DNA of 64,000 bases from Alphaproteobacteria bacterium (GTDB lineage: Bacteria; Pseudomonadota; Alphaproteobacteria; SP197), in contig OZ219746.1 of NCBI GenBank assembly GCA_964291265.2, positions 32,001-96,000 on the forward strand. Direction: 5' to 3'. The notes beneath the pieces are model-generated. The model was not told the DNA's origin and did not search any database. It saw only the letters and a list, made by a program, of their open reading frames with translations. The position numbers were made by a program, and so were the translations under genes. Shown here one piece after another: positions 22,374 through 33,242 of the stretch (position 1 is its first letter; each line of letters opens with the position of its first letter).

Positions 22374-23071
22374 GCGAGCTCAGGGAGCGTGCCCGGGCGC
22401 TCGGCCTCCACGGGCTCGTCGAACGCTGGGACGAGGTCGCCGGGACCGCATGGATCGAGGAGGTGGTCAGCGGCGAGGAACAGGCCCGCAGGGCCCGCAG
22501 CCACGAGCGCCGCCGCGCCGCGGCGCGGCTGCCCGCCTTCAAGCCCCTGGCGGACTTCGACTGGACATGGCCGCGCGACATCAGCCGGGCTCATGTCGAA
22601 GCGCTCCTCGGCCTCGGCTTCGTCGACCGTGCGGACAACGCCGTGCTCGTCGGCGGGCAGGGCACCGGAAAGACCATGATCGCCGCCAACGTGGCTCACC
22701 AGGCCCTGCTGCACGGCCACACCGTCCGCTTCGAGAAGGCGCCGGAACTGCTCGAGGCACTCGCCGAGACCGTCTCGCGCAGCGAGCTGCGCCGCCGCCT
22801 CGCGATCCTCGCCAGGCCCCGCCTGCTCGTCCTCGACGAAATCGGCTACGTGACCCTCGAAAGCCACCATGCCGACATCCTCTACGCCATCGTCTCGCGG
22901 CGCTATCAGCGCCGCTCGACCATGGTCACGACAAGCCTCGCCTTCGCCCAGTGGGACCGCGTCTTCCCCAGCGCCTCCGGCATCGCCGGCACCGTCGACC
23001 GGCTCATGCACGACGCAACCCTCATCTCCATCGACAGCGACTCCTGGCGGCTCAGGCGTGAAACCCGATAA
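22370..23071 (+). CDS. istB: IS21 helper ATPase
   Basis: GGQGTGKT Walker A, LLVLDEIGY Walker B, DRLMH; ATGA overlap with istA. Confidence 0.95.
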   Translation: MSELRERARALGLHGLVERWDEVAGTAWIEEVVSGEEQARRARSHERRRAAARLPAFKPLADFDWTWPRDISRAHVEALLGLGFVDRADNAVLVGGQGTGKTMIAANVAHQALLHGHTVRFEKAPELLEALAETVSRSELRRRLAILARPRLLVLDEIGYVTLESHHADILYAIVSRRYQRRSTMVTTSLAFAQWDRVFPSASGIAGTVDRLMHDATLISIDSDSWRLRRETR

Positions 23072-23951
23072 ACCCCGCCGCGTCGACTTCGACGCCGTCA
23101 AGCGCATGCCGTTCGAACGCATCGCCGCCGACTGGGGATACGTCCGCGACGAACAGGCCTCGACACGCGCCAACCCCGTCCTGTGCGCACCCGGCCTGCC
23201 GAAGCTCGTCACGAAGTGCCTCAACAACGGACACTGGGTCTACTTCAACACCCAGAACGATGAAGACAACGGAACCGTCATCGACTTCATGCTCAACCGC
23301 GGACTGGCCTTCGCCGACATCTGCACCCGCTTCGCAGCACCCGACGCCGCGCCACGCGACTTCCGCAGCCTCTGGGCCGCGGCAACGCCCGATGCGGCCC
23401 CGGACTGGCTCACCGGGCGCGGCATCCTCCCGGAGACCCTCGACACCTGCCGCCCCCTGGTCCGCCGCGACCACAACGGACGCGTCCTCTTCGCCCATCG
23501 CAACAGGAAGCGAAAGCTCACCGGCTTCGAGATCGGTCCCCCCGACGGACCGAAACGCTTCGCCACCGGTGGAACCCGAAGCCTGTTCGCCGTCCGCGCC
23601 GGAACCGCCGCGGACCTCGAGGCCCTCGTCATCACCGAAAGCGCCGTCGACGCCCTCAGCCTGGCCCAGATCGACCAATGTCCCCCCAGCCACGCCTTCC
23701 TCTCCACCGCCGGGGCACCCTCGCGAAGACAGCACGAACAGATCAGCCTCGCCGCAAGCAGCCTGCCCAACGTCAGGACCATCGTCCTCGCCCAGGACCA
23801 CGACGAGGCCGGAGAGCGACAGGCCGAAACCCTGCGCAAAAAGATGAAGCTCCCCTCCCACGTCTCGTTCCACAGACGCAGACCGCCGGAAAACGCCGAC
23901 TGGAACGACGTCGTCAACGCCAGGACCAAAGAACCACAAGCGAGATCATGA
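23058..23951 (+). CDS. Toprim-domain (primase-like, DUF3991/Toprim_2-like) protein
   Basis: DNGTVIDF, WLTGRGI, LVITESAVDALS, VLAQDHDEAG, DWND; GTG start overlaps the istB end. Confidence 0.8.
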   Translation: MKPDKPRRVDFDAVKRMPFERIAADWGYVRDEQASTRANPVLCAPGLPKLVTKCLNNGHWVYFNTQNDEDNGTVIDFMLNRGLAFADICTRFAAPDAAPRDFRSLWAAATPDAAPDWLTGRGILPETLDTCRPLVRRDHNGRVLFAHRNRKRKLTGFEIGPPDGPKRFATGGTRSLFAVRAGTAADLEALVITESAVDALSLAQIDQCPPSHAFLSTAGAPSRRQHEQISLAASSLPNVRTIVLAQDHDEAGERQAETLRKKMKLPSHVSFHRRRPPENADWNDVVNARTKEPQARS

Positions 23952-23977
23952 CCACGTCCGTCACAAGGAGACCACTC

Positions 23978-24268
23978 ATGCCCCTCACGCCCGCCGAAAA
24001 GCAGCGGCGATACCGGGAACGGCGCAAGGCCGGCATCCCTCCCGTCCACACCCCAAAGCATCGTGACCGGCGCTCGCGACCGCAACGCTGGAACGACGCC
24101 GTGGCCGAACTGCGCGCCCTGCAGGACGAATGGCGTGACCGCCTCGACAGCATCCCCGAAAGCCTCCGTGACACGCCTTACGGAGAACGCCTGCAGAGCG
24201 TCGCCGATGCCGACATCGAGGCCCTCGAGGACATCGAACCGCCACGCGGCTACGGAAGGGATACGTGA
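23978..24268 (+). CDS. Small basic hypothetical protein
   Basis: MPLTPAEKQRRYRERRK...PPRGYGRD; AAGGAG RBS. Confidence 0.65.
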   Translation: MPLTPAEKQRRYRERRKAGIPPVHTPKHRDRRSRPQRWNDAVAELRALQDEWRDRLDSIPESLRDTPYGERLQSVADADIEALEDIEPPRGYGRDT

Positions 24269-24839
24269 TCCCGCAAGACCCTTGAACGCGGTCACGCGTT
24301 ACCATCCAGGAATGAGAACGTCTCACCCCGACGCGCTTCTCAGCCTCCCCGGGGAAACCCCCGGGCCGTCCAAACGACACCGCATCACGAGACTGCCGCA
24401 GCCGCTGGCCGGACTGGCTTACAGGTCGCAGCATCCGCCCGAAAACACTCGACGCCTGCCGCACCCTGCAGGACGAATGGCGTGACCGCCTCGACAGCAT
24501 CCCCGAAAGCCTCCGTGACACGCCTTACGGAGAACGCCTGCAGAGCGTCGCCGATGCCGACATCGAGGCCCTCGAGGACATCGAACCGCCACGCGGCTAC
24601 GGAAGGGATACGTGATCCCGCAAGACCCTTGAACGCGGTCACGCGTTACCATCCAGGAATGAGAACGTCTCACCCCGACGCGCCTCTCAGCCTCCCCGGG
24701 AAACACCCGGGCCGTCCAAACGACACCGCATCACGAGACTGCCGCAGCCGCTGAGCCGCAGCAACGCCCGATCCGCCGCCGGACTGGCTCACAGGTCGCA
24801 GCATCCGCCCGAAAACACTCGACGCCTGCCGCACCCTGC
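24117..24839 (+). repeat. Tandem duplication with 347-bp period
   Basis: 24117-24463 is repeated nearly identically from 24464; the second copy has an extra segment of about 23 bp. Confidence 0.9.
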
Positions 24840-25388
24840 GCCGCCGCAACCGCAACGCACGCAGCCTCTTCGCCCAGCGCAACAGAAACCGTCAGCTCTC
24901 CAGCCTCGAGATCGTCCCGCCCGACGAACCACGACGAGGACGGAGAACGCCAGAACGAAACCACGCGCAAAAGCCTGAAGCTCCCCTCCCACATCACGTT
25001 CCACAAACGCCGAACGCCAGAAAACGCCGACCGGAACGACATCGTCAACGTCAATGCAAGACCAATGGGATCCAACAATAGGCAGAAAACAAAGACCGGG
25101 CGGACCTTCGTCCAATGCCGCACGTTCTCCTGTCGTGGTCACCCACTCACACGATCAGCGCCCAAAAGAGCGGTTCTCCGCCAATATCCCGCCGTTCTAA
25201 ATCGCCGCCGACAGATCCTCGGCCCTGAGCCAGAGGCGCATGGTAAGCGCCCGGAGGGCTTCCGGTGCGGTTCGCTTACGCTGCAGATGTGCGTGTCCGC
25301 CGGAGCGCCTCAGGACATTCTGCCGGACGCCTTTGCCCTGCCAGGTCAACCCGGGTTAGCCTCTCCCGGGTCCGGAAGGGAAGATGTC

Positions 25389-26714
25389 ATGGTGATGCGC
25401 AGCAACAAGGCCCGGAAGGCCGATCTCGAAAGGGCCGTGGCGGAGTCGTTTTCCAGGTATGCGGCGCGCAATCCGCGAAGCCGGGAGGAGGACCTGAAGG
25501 CCGCGGACCACTTGCCGGGCGGCAACACCCGCACGGTGATCTTCCATCCTCCCTTTCCACTGACCATCGCCCGGGGTGAAGGCCAGTATGTCGAGGACAT
25601 CGATCATCACCGATACGCGAACTTTGTCGGCGAGTTCGGCGCCGGACTCTTCGGTCATTCCGATCCCGACATCGCCGGCGCCATAGGACGCGCGGTCTCG
25701 GACGGGTGGGTGCTCGGTGGTCCCAACCGCTACGAGCGCATCCTCGCCGCCGAACTCGTCCATCGCTTTCCTTCCATCGACAGGATCCGGTTCACCAACT
25801 CGGGCACCGAGGCCAACTTGATGGCCATCAGCATATCCCGGGTGGTTTCCGGCCGGTCGAAGGTGATGGTGTTCGAGGGCGCCTACCATGGAGGCGTCTT
25901 CCTGTTCGGCCACGGCGGGTCCCCCATGAACGCCCCCTTCGACTATGTCATGGCGCCCTTCAACAACGCACCAGCGACCGTCGATCTTGTCGAACGCCAC
26001 GCCGATGAGCTGGCCTGTGTCGTCATCGAGCCGATGCAGGGATCGGGCGGCATGATCCCCGCAGACAGGAGTTTCCTCGCGGCATTGCGGGAAGTCACCA
26101 GCCGTCACGGCATCATCCTCATCTTTGACGAGGTCGTGACAAGCCGCCTCTCGGGCGGTGGGCTCCAGGAGGTCCTCGGCGTGACGCCCGACATGACAAC
26201 CCTGGGCAAGTACATCGGCGGTGGCGCCGCCTTTGGCGCCTTCGGTGGCCGCGCCGACATCATGGCGCGTTTCGATCCGCGGTCGCCGCAGGCGGTGGCC
26301 CATGCCGGCACCTTCAACAACAACGTCATCACCCACGCCGCCGGGGCGACGGCGATGACGCGAATCTACACGCCTGACGTCGCCGGGACCTTCAATGCCC
26401 GGGGCGACGCGTTCCGCGAGGACCTGAACGCCATCATCGCTCGCCATCGTTTGCCCATGGTGGTGACCGGCCTCGGCTCCGTCATGCAGATCCACTGTTG
26501 CGAAGGACCGTTGAGGGACGAACACGATGCCGCGAGGGACGACGAGCTCAAGTCGCGACTCCTCTTCCACGAACTCCTCGCCCGGGGCCAGCGCATGACC
26601 TGGCGCAATTCACTGCTTCTGTGTCTGCCCATGACCGATGACGACCTCGAGGCCTTCTGCGCGGCCTTCGGCGACGTTCTCGGCGAACACGGTCATCTCT
26701 TCGCCATGGACTGA
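25389..26714 (+). CDS. Class III aminotransferase (glutamate-1-semialdehyde aminomutase-like)
   Basis: PGGNTR, FTNSGTEA, YHG, LIFDEV, TLGKYIGGG, HAGTFNNN. Confidence 0.9.
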   Translation: MVMRSNKARKADLERAVAESFSRYAARNPRSREEDLKAADHLPGGNTRTVIFHPPFPLTIARGEGQYVEDIDHHRYANFVGEFGAGLFGHSDPDIAGAIGRAVSDGWVLGGPNRYERILAAELVHRFPSIDRIRFTNSGTEANLMAISISRVVSGRSKVMVFEGAYHGGVFLFGHGGSPMNAPFDYVMAPFNNAPATVDLVERHADELACVVIEPMQGSGGMIPADRSFLAALREVTSRHGIILIFDEVVTSRLSGGGLQEVLGVTPDMTTLGKYIGGGAAFGAFGGRADIMARFDPRSPQAVAHAGTFNNNVITHAAGATAMTRIYTPDVAGTFNARGDAFREDLNAIIARHRLPMVVTGLGSVMQIHCCEGPLRDEHDAARDDELKSRLLFHELLARGQRMTWRNSLLLCLPMTDDDLEAFCAAFGDVLGEHGHLFAMD

Positions 26715-26738
26715 TCCTCAACCCGCTGGATCAGGAGC

Positions 26739-27989
26739 TTAAGCGCCGTCGAGGTAGTCGAAGGCGGAGAGAGCGTGGCTGCGGATGACGTGGAAGAAAT
26801 CGTCGAGCGGAACGTGCTCGTCGCGCTGGCCCATGCCGGTGGGGAAGGGACCGTAGACATAGGCATCGATACCCCGATAGCGCCACAGCCTCGCATCGGT
26901 TCCGCCGAGGCTGACGATGGGTTGGGGCCGGAATCCCGCCAGGGCCTCGACGTTGTCCTGGAGAATGCCGACCATGGCTCCATGGGGGTCGCACCATGAG
27001 GGGGCCATGTAGTTCTGTTCCTCCATCGTCACCTGAGGCCAGCGCGTCAGGACCTTCTCCACGACACTCTGAACGGTCTCCCTGTCGCCGCCGACAGGCA
27101 GGCGGAAGTCGGCCTCGATCGTCGCCGCACCGGGAATCACGTTGACCTTGAGACCGGATTCGATGACGCCGATATTGCACGTGACCTTCTGGATGATGGC
27201 ATGGGCTCCCTCTCCCATGGCCCGGTCGAGGGTGTCGCGCGCCTCCTCGATGGCACGGCCGATGTTGTGGGGAGGATCGACATGAATGGCATCGACCGAA
27301 GCCCGAAGATCCCGGCAGAAATCCATCGCCACCAGGCTGGCACTGTCGCCGGCATGGGTGTAGGCGCCGTGTGCGCCCGTGGTCGTGACACGGAACGTCA
27401 CCCACCACGGTCCCTTCTCGGCGAAGCGGATGGAGTAGGGACTCGATGGCTCGCCGTTGAGGCAGCAGTCACCGTGGACTTCCGGGTGGCGTTCGATCAG
27501 ATGGCGCGCACCCCAGGGACCGAATGTCTCCTCGTCGGAGACGCAGGTCAGGGTGAGGCGGCCGTTGAGATGCTCGCGAAGCCTGGAGAGGTACATGTAG
27601 GTGAAGATCGATGCAGAGGTGCCGCACTTCATGTCCGCGGAGCCGCGGCCCCACACGGCGCCGTCCTCGATGGCGCCCGACCAGGGAGACCCGTGGGTCC
27701 ATGGTTCGGGCGCCGCAGGAAACACGTCAATGTGACCGTTGAGCACAAGGTGGCGCCCGTCGCCGGAGCCATCGAAGCTGGCGACGACATTCGGGAACAT
27801 CGGTTCCGGGTCGATCACCCGGTGCGCCAGGCCGTGCTCGTCCAGAAAGCGTCGGATGTGCGCCACCGCCTTGCGTGTGTCGCCGGGCGGATTGGGCGTC
27901 GGCGTGGCGACGAAGTCGCTGAAGAAGCCCTCCAGCGTCCGTCGGTCTTCCTCGATCCAGTCGAGCAGTTGCTGTTTGAGATCGGCCAT
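26739..27989 (-). CDS. M20 family metallo-hydrolase (ArgE/DapE-like)
   Basis: LNGHIDVFP, GRGSADMK, SDEE, GGTDAR, DEH. Confidence 0.9.
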   Translation of the reverse strand: MADLKQQLLDWIEEDRRTLEGFFSDFVATPTPNPPGDTRKAVAHIRRFLDEHGLAHRVIDPEPMFPNVVASFDGSGDGRHLVLNGHIDVFPAAPEPWTHGSPWSGAIEDGAVWGRGSADMKCGTSASIFTYMYLSRLREHLNGRLTLTCVSDEETFGPWGARHLIERHPEVHGDCCLNGEPSSPYSIRFAEKGPWWVTFRVTTTGAHGAYTHAGDSASLVAMDFCRDLRASVDAIHVDPPHNIGRAIEEARDTLDRAMGEGAHAIIQKVTCNIGVIESGLKVNVIPGAATIEADFRLPVGGDRETVQSVVEKVLTRWPQVTMEEQNYMAPSWCDPHGAMVGILQDNVEALAGFRPQPIVSLGGTDARLWRYRGIDAYVYGPFPTGMGQRDEHVPLDDFFHVIRSHALSAFDYLDGA

Positions 27990-29026
27990 CAGTGTCTCCT
28001 TGGTCTGTTTCCGGCCGCTGTTCTGGCGACATCGAACAGTGTCCGCCGGCAGATGGTGGTGTCAGGCATGCCGGGCAGTCGGCATCGTGCCTCGGCATCG
28101 AAGAGGTAATCGCGGGCACGGCGGACGAGAGGCGCATTCCACCGCCGGCCCGCGGCCTTCAACGCGTTCTCGGCGCGGAAATGAAGCACGCGCGCCGAGT
28201 TCATGGCTTGGGCCTCGTTGACGCCCCGCTCCTTCAGTGCGAGGACGAGCTCAAGCTGGGTCAGGTGGCGGCGCACCGCGGCAAGGATGATGGTGGGTTC
28301 TTCCCGGTTGGCCAGTGCCCTCTCGAGACAGCGGTCGAGGTCGTCGAGATTCCCGGACGAAACGCTGTAGGCGATGCGGTCCAGGGAGAGGAAGGAACTG
28401 TCGGCCACCACGTTTTCGACATCGTTGGCCGTTGCCCTCTGGCCCGTCCCCACGTAGAGGGCGAGCTTGGCAATCTCGTTGCGGGTCTGCATCCGGTCGC
28501 CTCCCAGACAGGATTCGAGGAGGCGCCTGGCGTCGCCGTCAGCGGTGATGCCCTGCCTGGAGAGCTCGTCGGCGATCACCGACTCGAGCACCCGTCCCTC
28601 GTCACGATAGCACGCCAGGGCGGCGGCATCCTTCGCTCTCTCGAAGGTCGAGCGCAGTTTCGAGCGGGCGGCGAGTTCGCCGGCCTCGACGAGGATCAGG
28701 GTATCGCCAGTCGGCAGTTTCATGACCTCTGCCATGGTCGTGGCGAAACCGTCCGCCGCGCCGCGCACCCTGACGACCCTGCGCCCACCGGTCATGGAGA
28801 GCGACACCGCTTCCTCCCTGAGTCGTGCCGGATCCCTTGCTGCCTCGTCACCGGTCAGGTCGCAGACCCGGAATGGATCACGGGGATCATCGACCACGCC
28901 GCCGAGCAGGAGATTGCTGCGTTCCCTGACAAGTCCCTGGTCCGCCCCGTGGATCAGCACCGCCCTGATGGCATGGCCCGGAGCGCGGCAGAAGCCTTCG
29001 ATCTCGCGCGCCGGGATCTTCACCAT
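27989..29026 (-). CDS. holA: DNA polymerase III subunit delta
   Basis: LIHGADQGLVRER, CYRDE, LGGDRMQTRNEIAKLALY; synteny with lptE and leuS. Confidence 0.92.
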   Translation of the reverse strand: MVKIPAREIEGFCRAPGHAIRAVLIHGADQGLVRERSNLLLGGVVDDPRDPFRVCDLTGDEAARDPARLREEAVSLSMTGGRRVVRVRGAADGFATTMAEVMKLPTGDTLILVEAGELAARSKLRSTFERAKDAAALACYRDEGRVLESVIADELSRQGITADGDARRLLESCLGGDRMQTRNEIAKLALYVGTGQRATANDVENVVADSSFLSLDRIAYSVSSGNLDDLDRCLERALANREEPTIILAAVRRHLTQLELVLALKERGVNEAQAMNSARVLHFRAENALKAAGRRWNAPLVRRARDYLFDAEARCRLPGMPDTTICRRTLFDVARTAAGNRPRRH

Positions 29027-29088
29027 CCGCCAGGTATCCGGCACAGGCGCCGCGCAAGCGGGGAGGACCGCTGCACGTCGGTCATGAC

Positions 29089-29625
29089 TCAGGACTCGGC
29101 GCCATCGTATGCACGGTGGAAGTGGAAGGACAGGAGGTAGGCGATGGTGTTGGCAAGATCTCTCGCCGCCTTGCGGGCCGTATCCTGGCGAGCCACCTGG
29201 GAGGAGTACTCCGAGACGACGACATCGTGACTTCCGGTGGACCGTGCCGTCGACTGGTAGAGCACCTCTCCGCTTCCGATGTCACGCAGCGTGAACGTTG
29301 CCGTCATGACAAGGTTGGATCGAGTCACGGTATAGGAACTCTCGATGATCAAAGGCGTGAAGCGCCGGGTGAAGGTGACATCGAGAACGAAGCGCGGAGG
29401 CTGTTGGCCGTTGCCCGTGGAGAACCGGTCGATCAGCTCGTTGCGCATGATCTGGCCGAGACGGCGGTTCCGGCCGTCACCGATGCGATTGACCTGGATG
29501 GCTGCCAGCATCTCCTGCACCGATGGCGCGTTTCCGCGTTCGGCCAGGAGTGGCTCGAAGCCACAGGCCGGAACGAGAGCCGCCACCGGCAAGCACGCGA
29601 GAAACTTGCGGCGCGAGAGGTCCAT
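29089..29625 (-). CDS. lptE: LPS assembly lipoprotein
   Basis: Lipobox ..ACGFEPL; position between leuS and holA. Confidence 0.85.
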   Translation of the reverse strand: MDLSRRKFLACLPVAALVPACGFEPLLAERGNAPSVQEMLAAIQVNRIGDGRNRRLGQIMRNELIDRFSTGNGQQPPRFVLDVTFTRRFTPLIIESSYTVTRSNLVMTATFTLRDIGSGEVLYQSTARSTGSHDVVVSEYSSQVARQDTARKAARDLANTIAYLLSFHFHRAYDGAES

Positions 29626-29629
29626 CCTG

Positions 29630-32188
29630 TCAGACGACGATGTTGACGACGCGGTTGGGGACCACGATCACCTTGCGGATGGGCCTGTCGCCGATGGCCC
29701 GTCTGACGTTGTCCTCGCCGAGCGCCGCCGATTCGACATGGTCATGGGCCGCATCCCGGGGCATATCGAGCCGCGCCCTCAGCCTGCCGTTGACCTGGAC
29801 GGGAATGGTCACGGCGTCCGTGGTGGCGAGAACCGGGTCGGCCTCGGGCCATGGCGTGTCGGCGATCAGGGTCTCGTGACCGAGACGATTCCACATCTCC
29901 TCGGCAAGGTGCGGCATCATCGGTCCGATCAGGCGCACCAGCATCTCAAGGGACTCGCGCAAGGCCTCCGGTACGCCCGGCTGTGCCGCATGAACGCCGG
30001 CGACGGCGTTGACGAGTTCGTGAATGCGCGCCACCGCCCGGTTGAAGTGAAACTTCTCGATATCCACGGTGATGCCGGCGATCGTCCTGTGGACGACACG
30101 GCGCAGTTCGAGGCCCGCTCCCTCGACCTTCGGCACGGGTGTTCCCGGTGGTGGCAGCAGGTCCAGCATCTCGTTCGTCATGCGGGCGATGCGCTGAACG
30201 AACCGGTGGGCCCCCGCGATGCCGCTGTCTGTCCATTCAAGGCCACGGTCCGGCGGCGAGTCCGACAGCATGAACCAGCGTGCCGTATCGGCGCCGTAGT
30301 CGCGGATGATGCTCTCCGGATCGACCACGTTCTTGCGGGACTTGGACATTTTCTCCGAGCGTCCGACGGTGACGGCCTCGCCGGTCTCGCGGGAGAGCAC
30401 GCCGCCGTCCTCATCCCGGATGACCTCCCGCGGTTCGAGATAGGAGCCATCTGCCAGTCGGTAGGTCTCGTGTCCCACCATGCCTTGCGTGAAGAGGCCG
30501 GCAAAGGGCTCGTCAAGGTCGAGGTAGCCGCAGCGCCTGAGAGCACGCGTGAAGAAGCGCGAGTAGAGGAGGTGCAGAACGGCATGTTCGATGCCGCCGA
30601 TGTACTGGTCGACCGGCATCCAGTAGTCGATGGCGTCGCGTGAGGCCGGTGTTGCGGCATGGGGCGAACAGAAACGCAGAAAGTACCAGCTCGAATCGAC
30701 GAAGGTATCGAGAGTGTCGGTATCGCGCCGCGCCCTGCCATGGCAACGCGGACAGGTGACGTGTTTCCACGTGGGGTGATGATCGAGCGGATTGCCCGGG
30801 TGTCCGAGGTCGATGTCGTCGGGAAGCCGGACGGGAAGGTCGTCCTTGGGTACCGGGACGATTCCGCAATCGGGACAGTGGATCACCGGAATGGGACATC
30901 CCCAGTAACGCTGGCGCGACACCCCCCAGTCCCGCAGCCTGTAGTTGATCTCGCGGTGTCCGGTGCCATCAGCCTCCATTCTCGAGGCAACCGCCTCCTT
31001 GGCCTCGGTGACGGAAAGACCGTCAAGGAAGGCCGAGTTGGCGAGTACGCCGTCGCCGACGAATGCCTCGGAGGTGACCTGGAAGCCGGCTGCGTCGCTC
31101 TCACGGGGCACGACCACGGGAATCACGTCGAGACCATAGGCATGGGCAAACTCGAGATCGCGCTGATCATGGGCGGGACAACCGAATATCGCCCCCGATC
31201 CATAGTCCATCAGCACGAAATTGGCGACGAAGACGGGAAGTTCCCGGCCATCGAAGGGGTGGATCGCGACAAGTCCGGTGTCGATGCCCTTCTTGTCAGC
31301 CCGTTCCATGGCTTCCTCGCCGGTGGACGCGCGTCGACACTCCTCGATGAAGTCGTCCAGTCGGGGCACCGTGCGGACAAGATCCGCACTCCACGGGTGC
31401 TCCGGGGAAATGGCCATGAAACTGGCGCCGAAGATGGTGTCATGGCGGGTCGTGAAGACTTCAAGCCTGTCACCGCGCCCCTTGACCGAGAACAGCATTC
31501 TCAAGCCCTCGGAGCGACCGATCCAGTTGGCCTGCATGACGCGGACCTTGTCCGGCCAGCGCTCCAGTTCCGCCAGGGCATCCGTCAGTTCGTCGGCAAA
31601 TTCCGTGATTTTCAGCACCCACTGATTCAGACGCCGCTTTTCGATGAGGGCGCCGGATCGCCATCCCCGGCCGTCGATCACCTGCTCGTTGGCGAGAACG
31701 GTGAGATCGACCGGATCCCAGTTGACCATGGTGTCCCGGCGGTCGACGAGGCCGGCTCCGAGGAAGTCGAGAAAGAGCTCCTGCTGGTGCCTGTAGTATT
31801 CGGGGAGGCACGTGGTGATCTCGCGCGACCAGTCCAGGGACAGTCCCATGGACTGCAGCTGGCGGCGCATGGTGGCGATGTTGGCCAGGGTCCAGTCGCG
31901 CGGATGGACGCCCTTCTCCATGGCGGCATTCTCCGCCGGAAGGCCGAAGGCGTCCCAGCCCATGGGGTGCAGGACATTGAATCCCCGGGCCCGCTTGTAG
32001 CGGGCGACGAGGTCCCCCATGGCGTAGTTGCGCACATGCCCCATGTGAATACGGCCACTGGGGTAGGGAAACATCTCGAGAACATAGGCCTTGGGTCGCT
32101 CGTCATCCTCGACGGCGACAAAGGTCTCTCTTTCCTCCCAGACCTGTCTCCAGCGGGTTTCAGCCTCGTGGAAGTCGTAAGTGTCCAT
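29630..32188 (-). CDS. leuS: Leucine--tRNA ligase
   Basis: [26 protein letters not shown]. Confidence 0.98.
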   Translation of the reverse strand: MDTYDFHEAETRWRQVWEERETFVAVEDDERPKAYVLEMFPYPSGRIHMGHVRNYAMGDLVARYKRARGFNVLHPMGWDAFGLPAENAAMEKGVHPRDWTLANIATMRRQLQSMGLSLDWSREITTCLPEYYRHQQELFLDFLGAGLVDRRDTMVNWDPVDLTVLANEQVIDGRGWRSGALIEKRRLNQWVLKITEFADELTDALAELERWPDKVRVMQANWIGRSEGLRMLFSVKGRGDRLEVFTTRHDTIFGASFMAISPEHPWSADLVRTVPRLDDFIEECRRASTGEEAMERADKKGIDTGLVAIHPFDGRELPVFVANFVLMDYGSGAIFGCPAHDQRDLEFAHAYGLDVIPVVVPRESDAAGFQVTSEAFVGDGVLANSAFLDGLSVTEAKEAVASRMEADGTGHREINYRLRDWGVSRQRYWGCPIPVIHCPDCGIVPVPKDDLPVRLPDDIDLGHPGNPLDHHPTWKHVTCPRCHGRARRDTDTLDTFVDSSWYFLRFCSPHAATPASRDAIDYWMPVDQYIGGIEHAVLHLLYSRFFTRALRRCGYLDLDEPFAGLFTQGMVGHETYRLADGSYLEPREVIRDEDGGVLSRETGEAVTVGRSEKMSKSRKNVVDPESIIRDYGADTARWFMLSDSPPDRGLEWTDSGIAGAHRFVQRIARMTNEMLDLLPPPGTPVPKVEGAGLELRRVVHRTIAGITVDIEKFHFNRAVARIHELVNAVAGVHAAQPGVPEALRESLEMLVRLIGPMMPHLAEEMWNRLGHETLIADTPWPEADPVLATTDAVTIPVQVNGRLRARLDMPRDAAHDHVESAALGEDNVRRAIGDRPIRKVIVVPNRVVNIVV

Positions 32189-32223
32189 CGCTGGCGCCCC
32201 CGAAGGGATCGTCCGTCATCCGC

Positions 32224-32814
32224 TCACTCGCCAAGCCAGGCGATGCGCAACAGCCGTGCCTTCGTCAGGATGGCGTTTTCGAGCGCCGTGGCCGTATCGT
32301 CCGAGGCGGCCGCGTCCTGCCATCCGTCGGTGCCCTGGACCTGCCGGTTGACGGCAACACGCAGAGCCGAGGCCGTCAGTCTAGTGTCGAGTATGTAGAC
32401 CGCTACCTTGAGCCGTTCCTCCGGTGATTCGGGCGGCCTGTACCAGTCGTAGATGATGACGCCGCCGAAGGGATCAGCGGAAAGCGGTGGCAGGAAGGCG
32501 AGCGTGTCGAGTGAAGCGCGCCACAGGAAGGCGTTGACGCCAAGCCCCCCGCCCGGACGCTCGCTTGCGCTGCCGGACAACAGCGCGTTGATGCCTCCGC
32601 TGCCGAAAATGGTCTCGCGATCGGGATCGTCGATGTCCGGTTCGAAGCGGCCCTGAGGTGTGCTTATGGTATCCTCGACGCCTTCGTAGGAAACATCCTG
32701 GCCGCCGCAGGCGGCAAGAAAACCCGCCAGCAGGATGGCGCCGGACGCAGGAAAGCTGAGGTATGCAAGGGGTGTGCGCAAGATCACGACTGTCCTGTCA
32801 GGATGGCTGTTCAT
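32224..32814 (-). CDS. DUF3576-like lipoprotein (start uncertain)
   Basis: LAACGG lipobox; GVNAFLWRASLDTL..PLSADPFGGVI; usual neighbour upstream of leuS. Confidence 0.8.
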   Translation of the reverse strand: MNSHPDRTVVILRTPLAYLSFPASGAILLAGFLAACGGQDVSYEGVEDTISTPQGRFEPDIDDPDRETIFGSGGINALLSGSASERPGGGLGVNAFLWRASLDTLAFLPPLSADPFGGVIIYDWYRPPESPEERLKVAVYILDTRLTASALRVAVNRQVQGTDGWQDAAASDDTATALENAILTKARLLRIAWLGE

Positions 32815-33242
32815 ATCCGTGCAGTCTGTTACGGCGACAGTCGGCGGGCAAGCAGATTCTCGTCGCCTGTCGGCGGCGCCGGGGTCGGCAGGATGCGCCA
32901 GGTCGTCCTCCCTCTCGAGGCAGGTGTTCACGGCATGCGCGGGCATGGTCGAACCGCTCCCCGGCGCCGAGTTCCCGTGTGCGGTGCTCCTCGAGGCTGA
33001 AGAGAACGAGGATGTCCTGCATGGCCCCTCGCAGGGCCGCCACCGGCACGACCTTTCCCCGTGCAGTCACCTTCCGGTTGAGGAAGCGGCTCGCGGATTC
33101 ATCGGCCATCCGCGCCGGTTCCGTCTCCGCTCTCCGGTTCCGTGCCCGACGCCTCGATGAGACGCTTGACGGGTATCCGGCATGATGCAGGGCGACCTCC
33201 GGTCCATCTCCCGAACACAACGCGGTACGTCCGGCCGCGGGT

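Larger units (their letters stand above)
19893..25213 (+). mobile_element. 5.3-kb IS21-family transposon with cargo genes
   Basis: TG...CA ends sharing TAGAACGGCGGGAT at offsets 15-28; 5-bp target duplication GATCC (19888-19892, 25214-25218); istA-istB inside. Confidence 0.9.
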
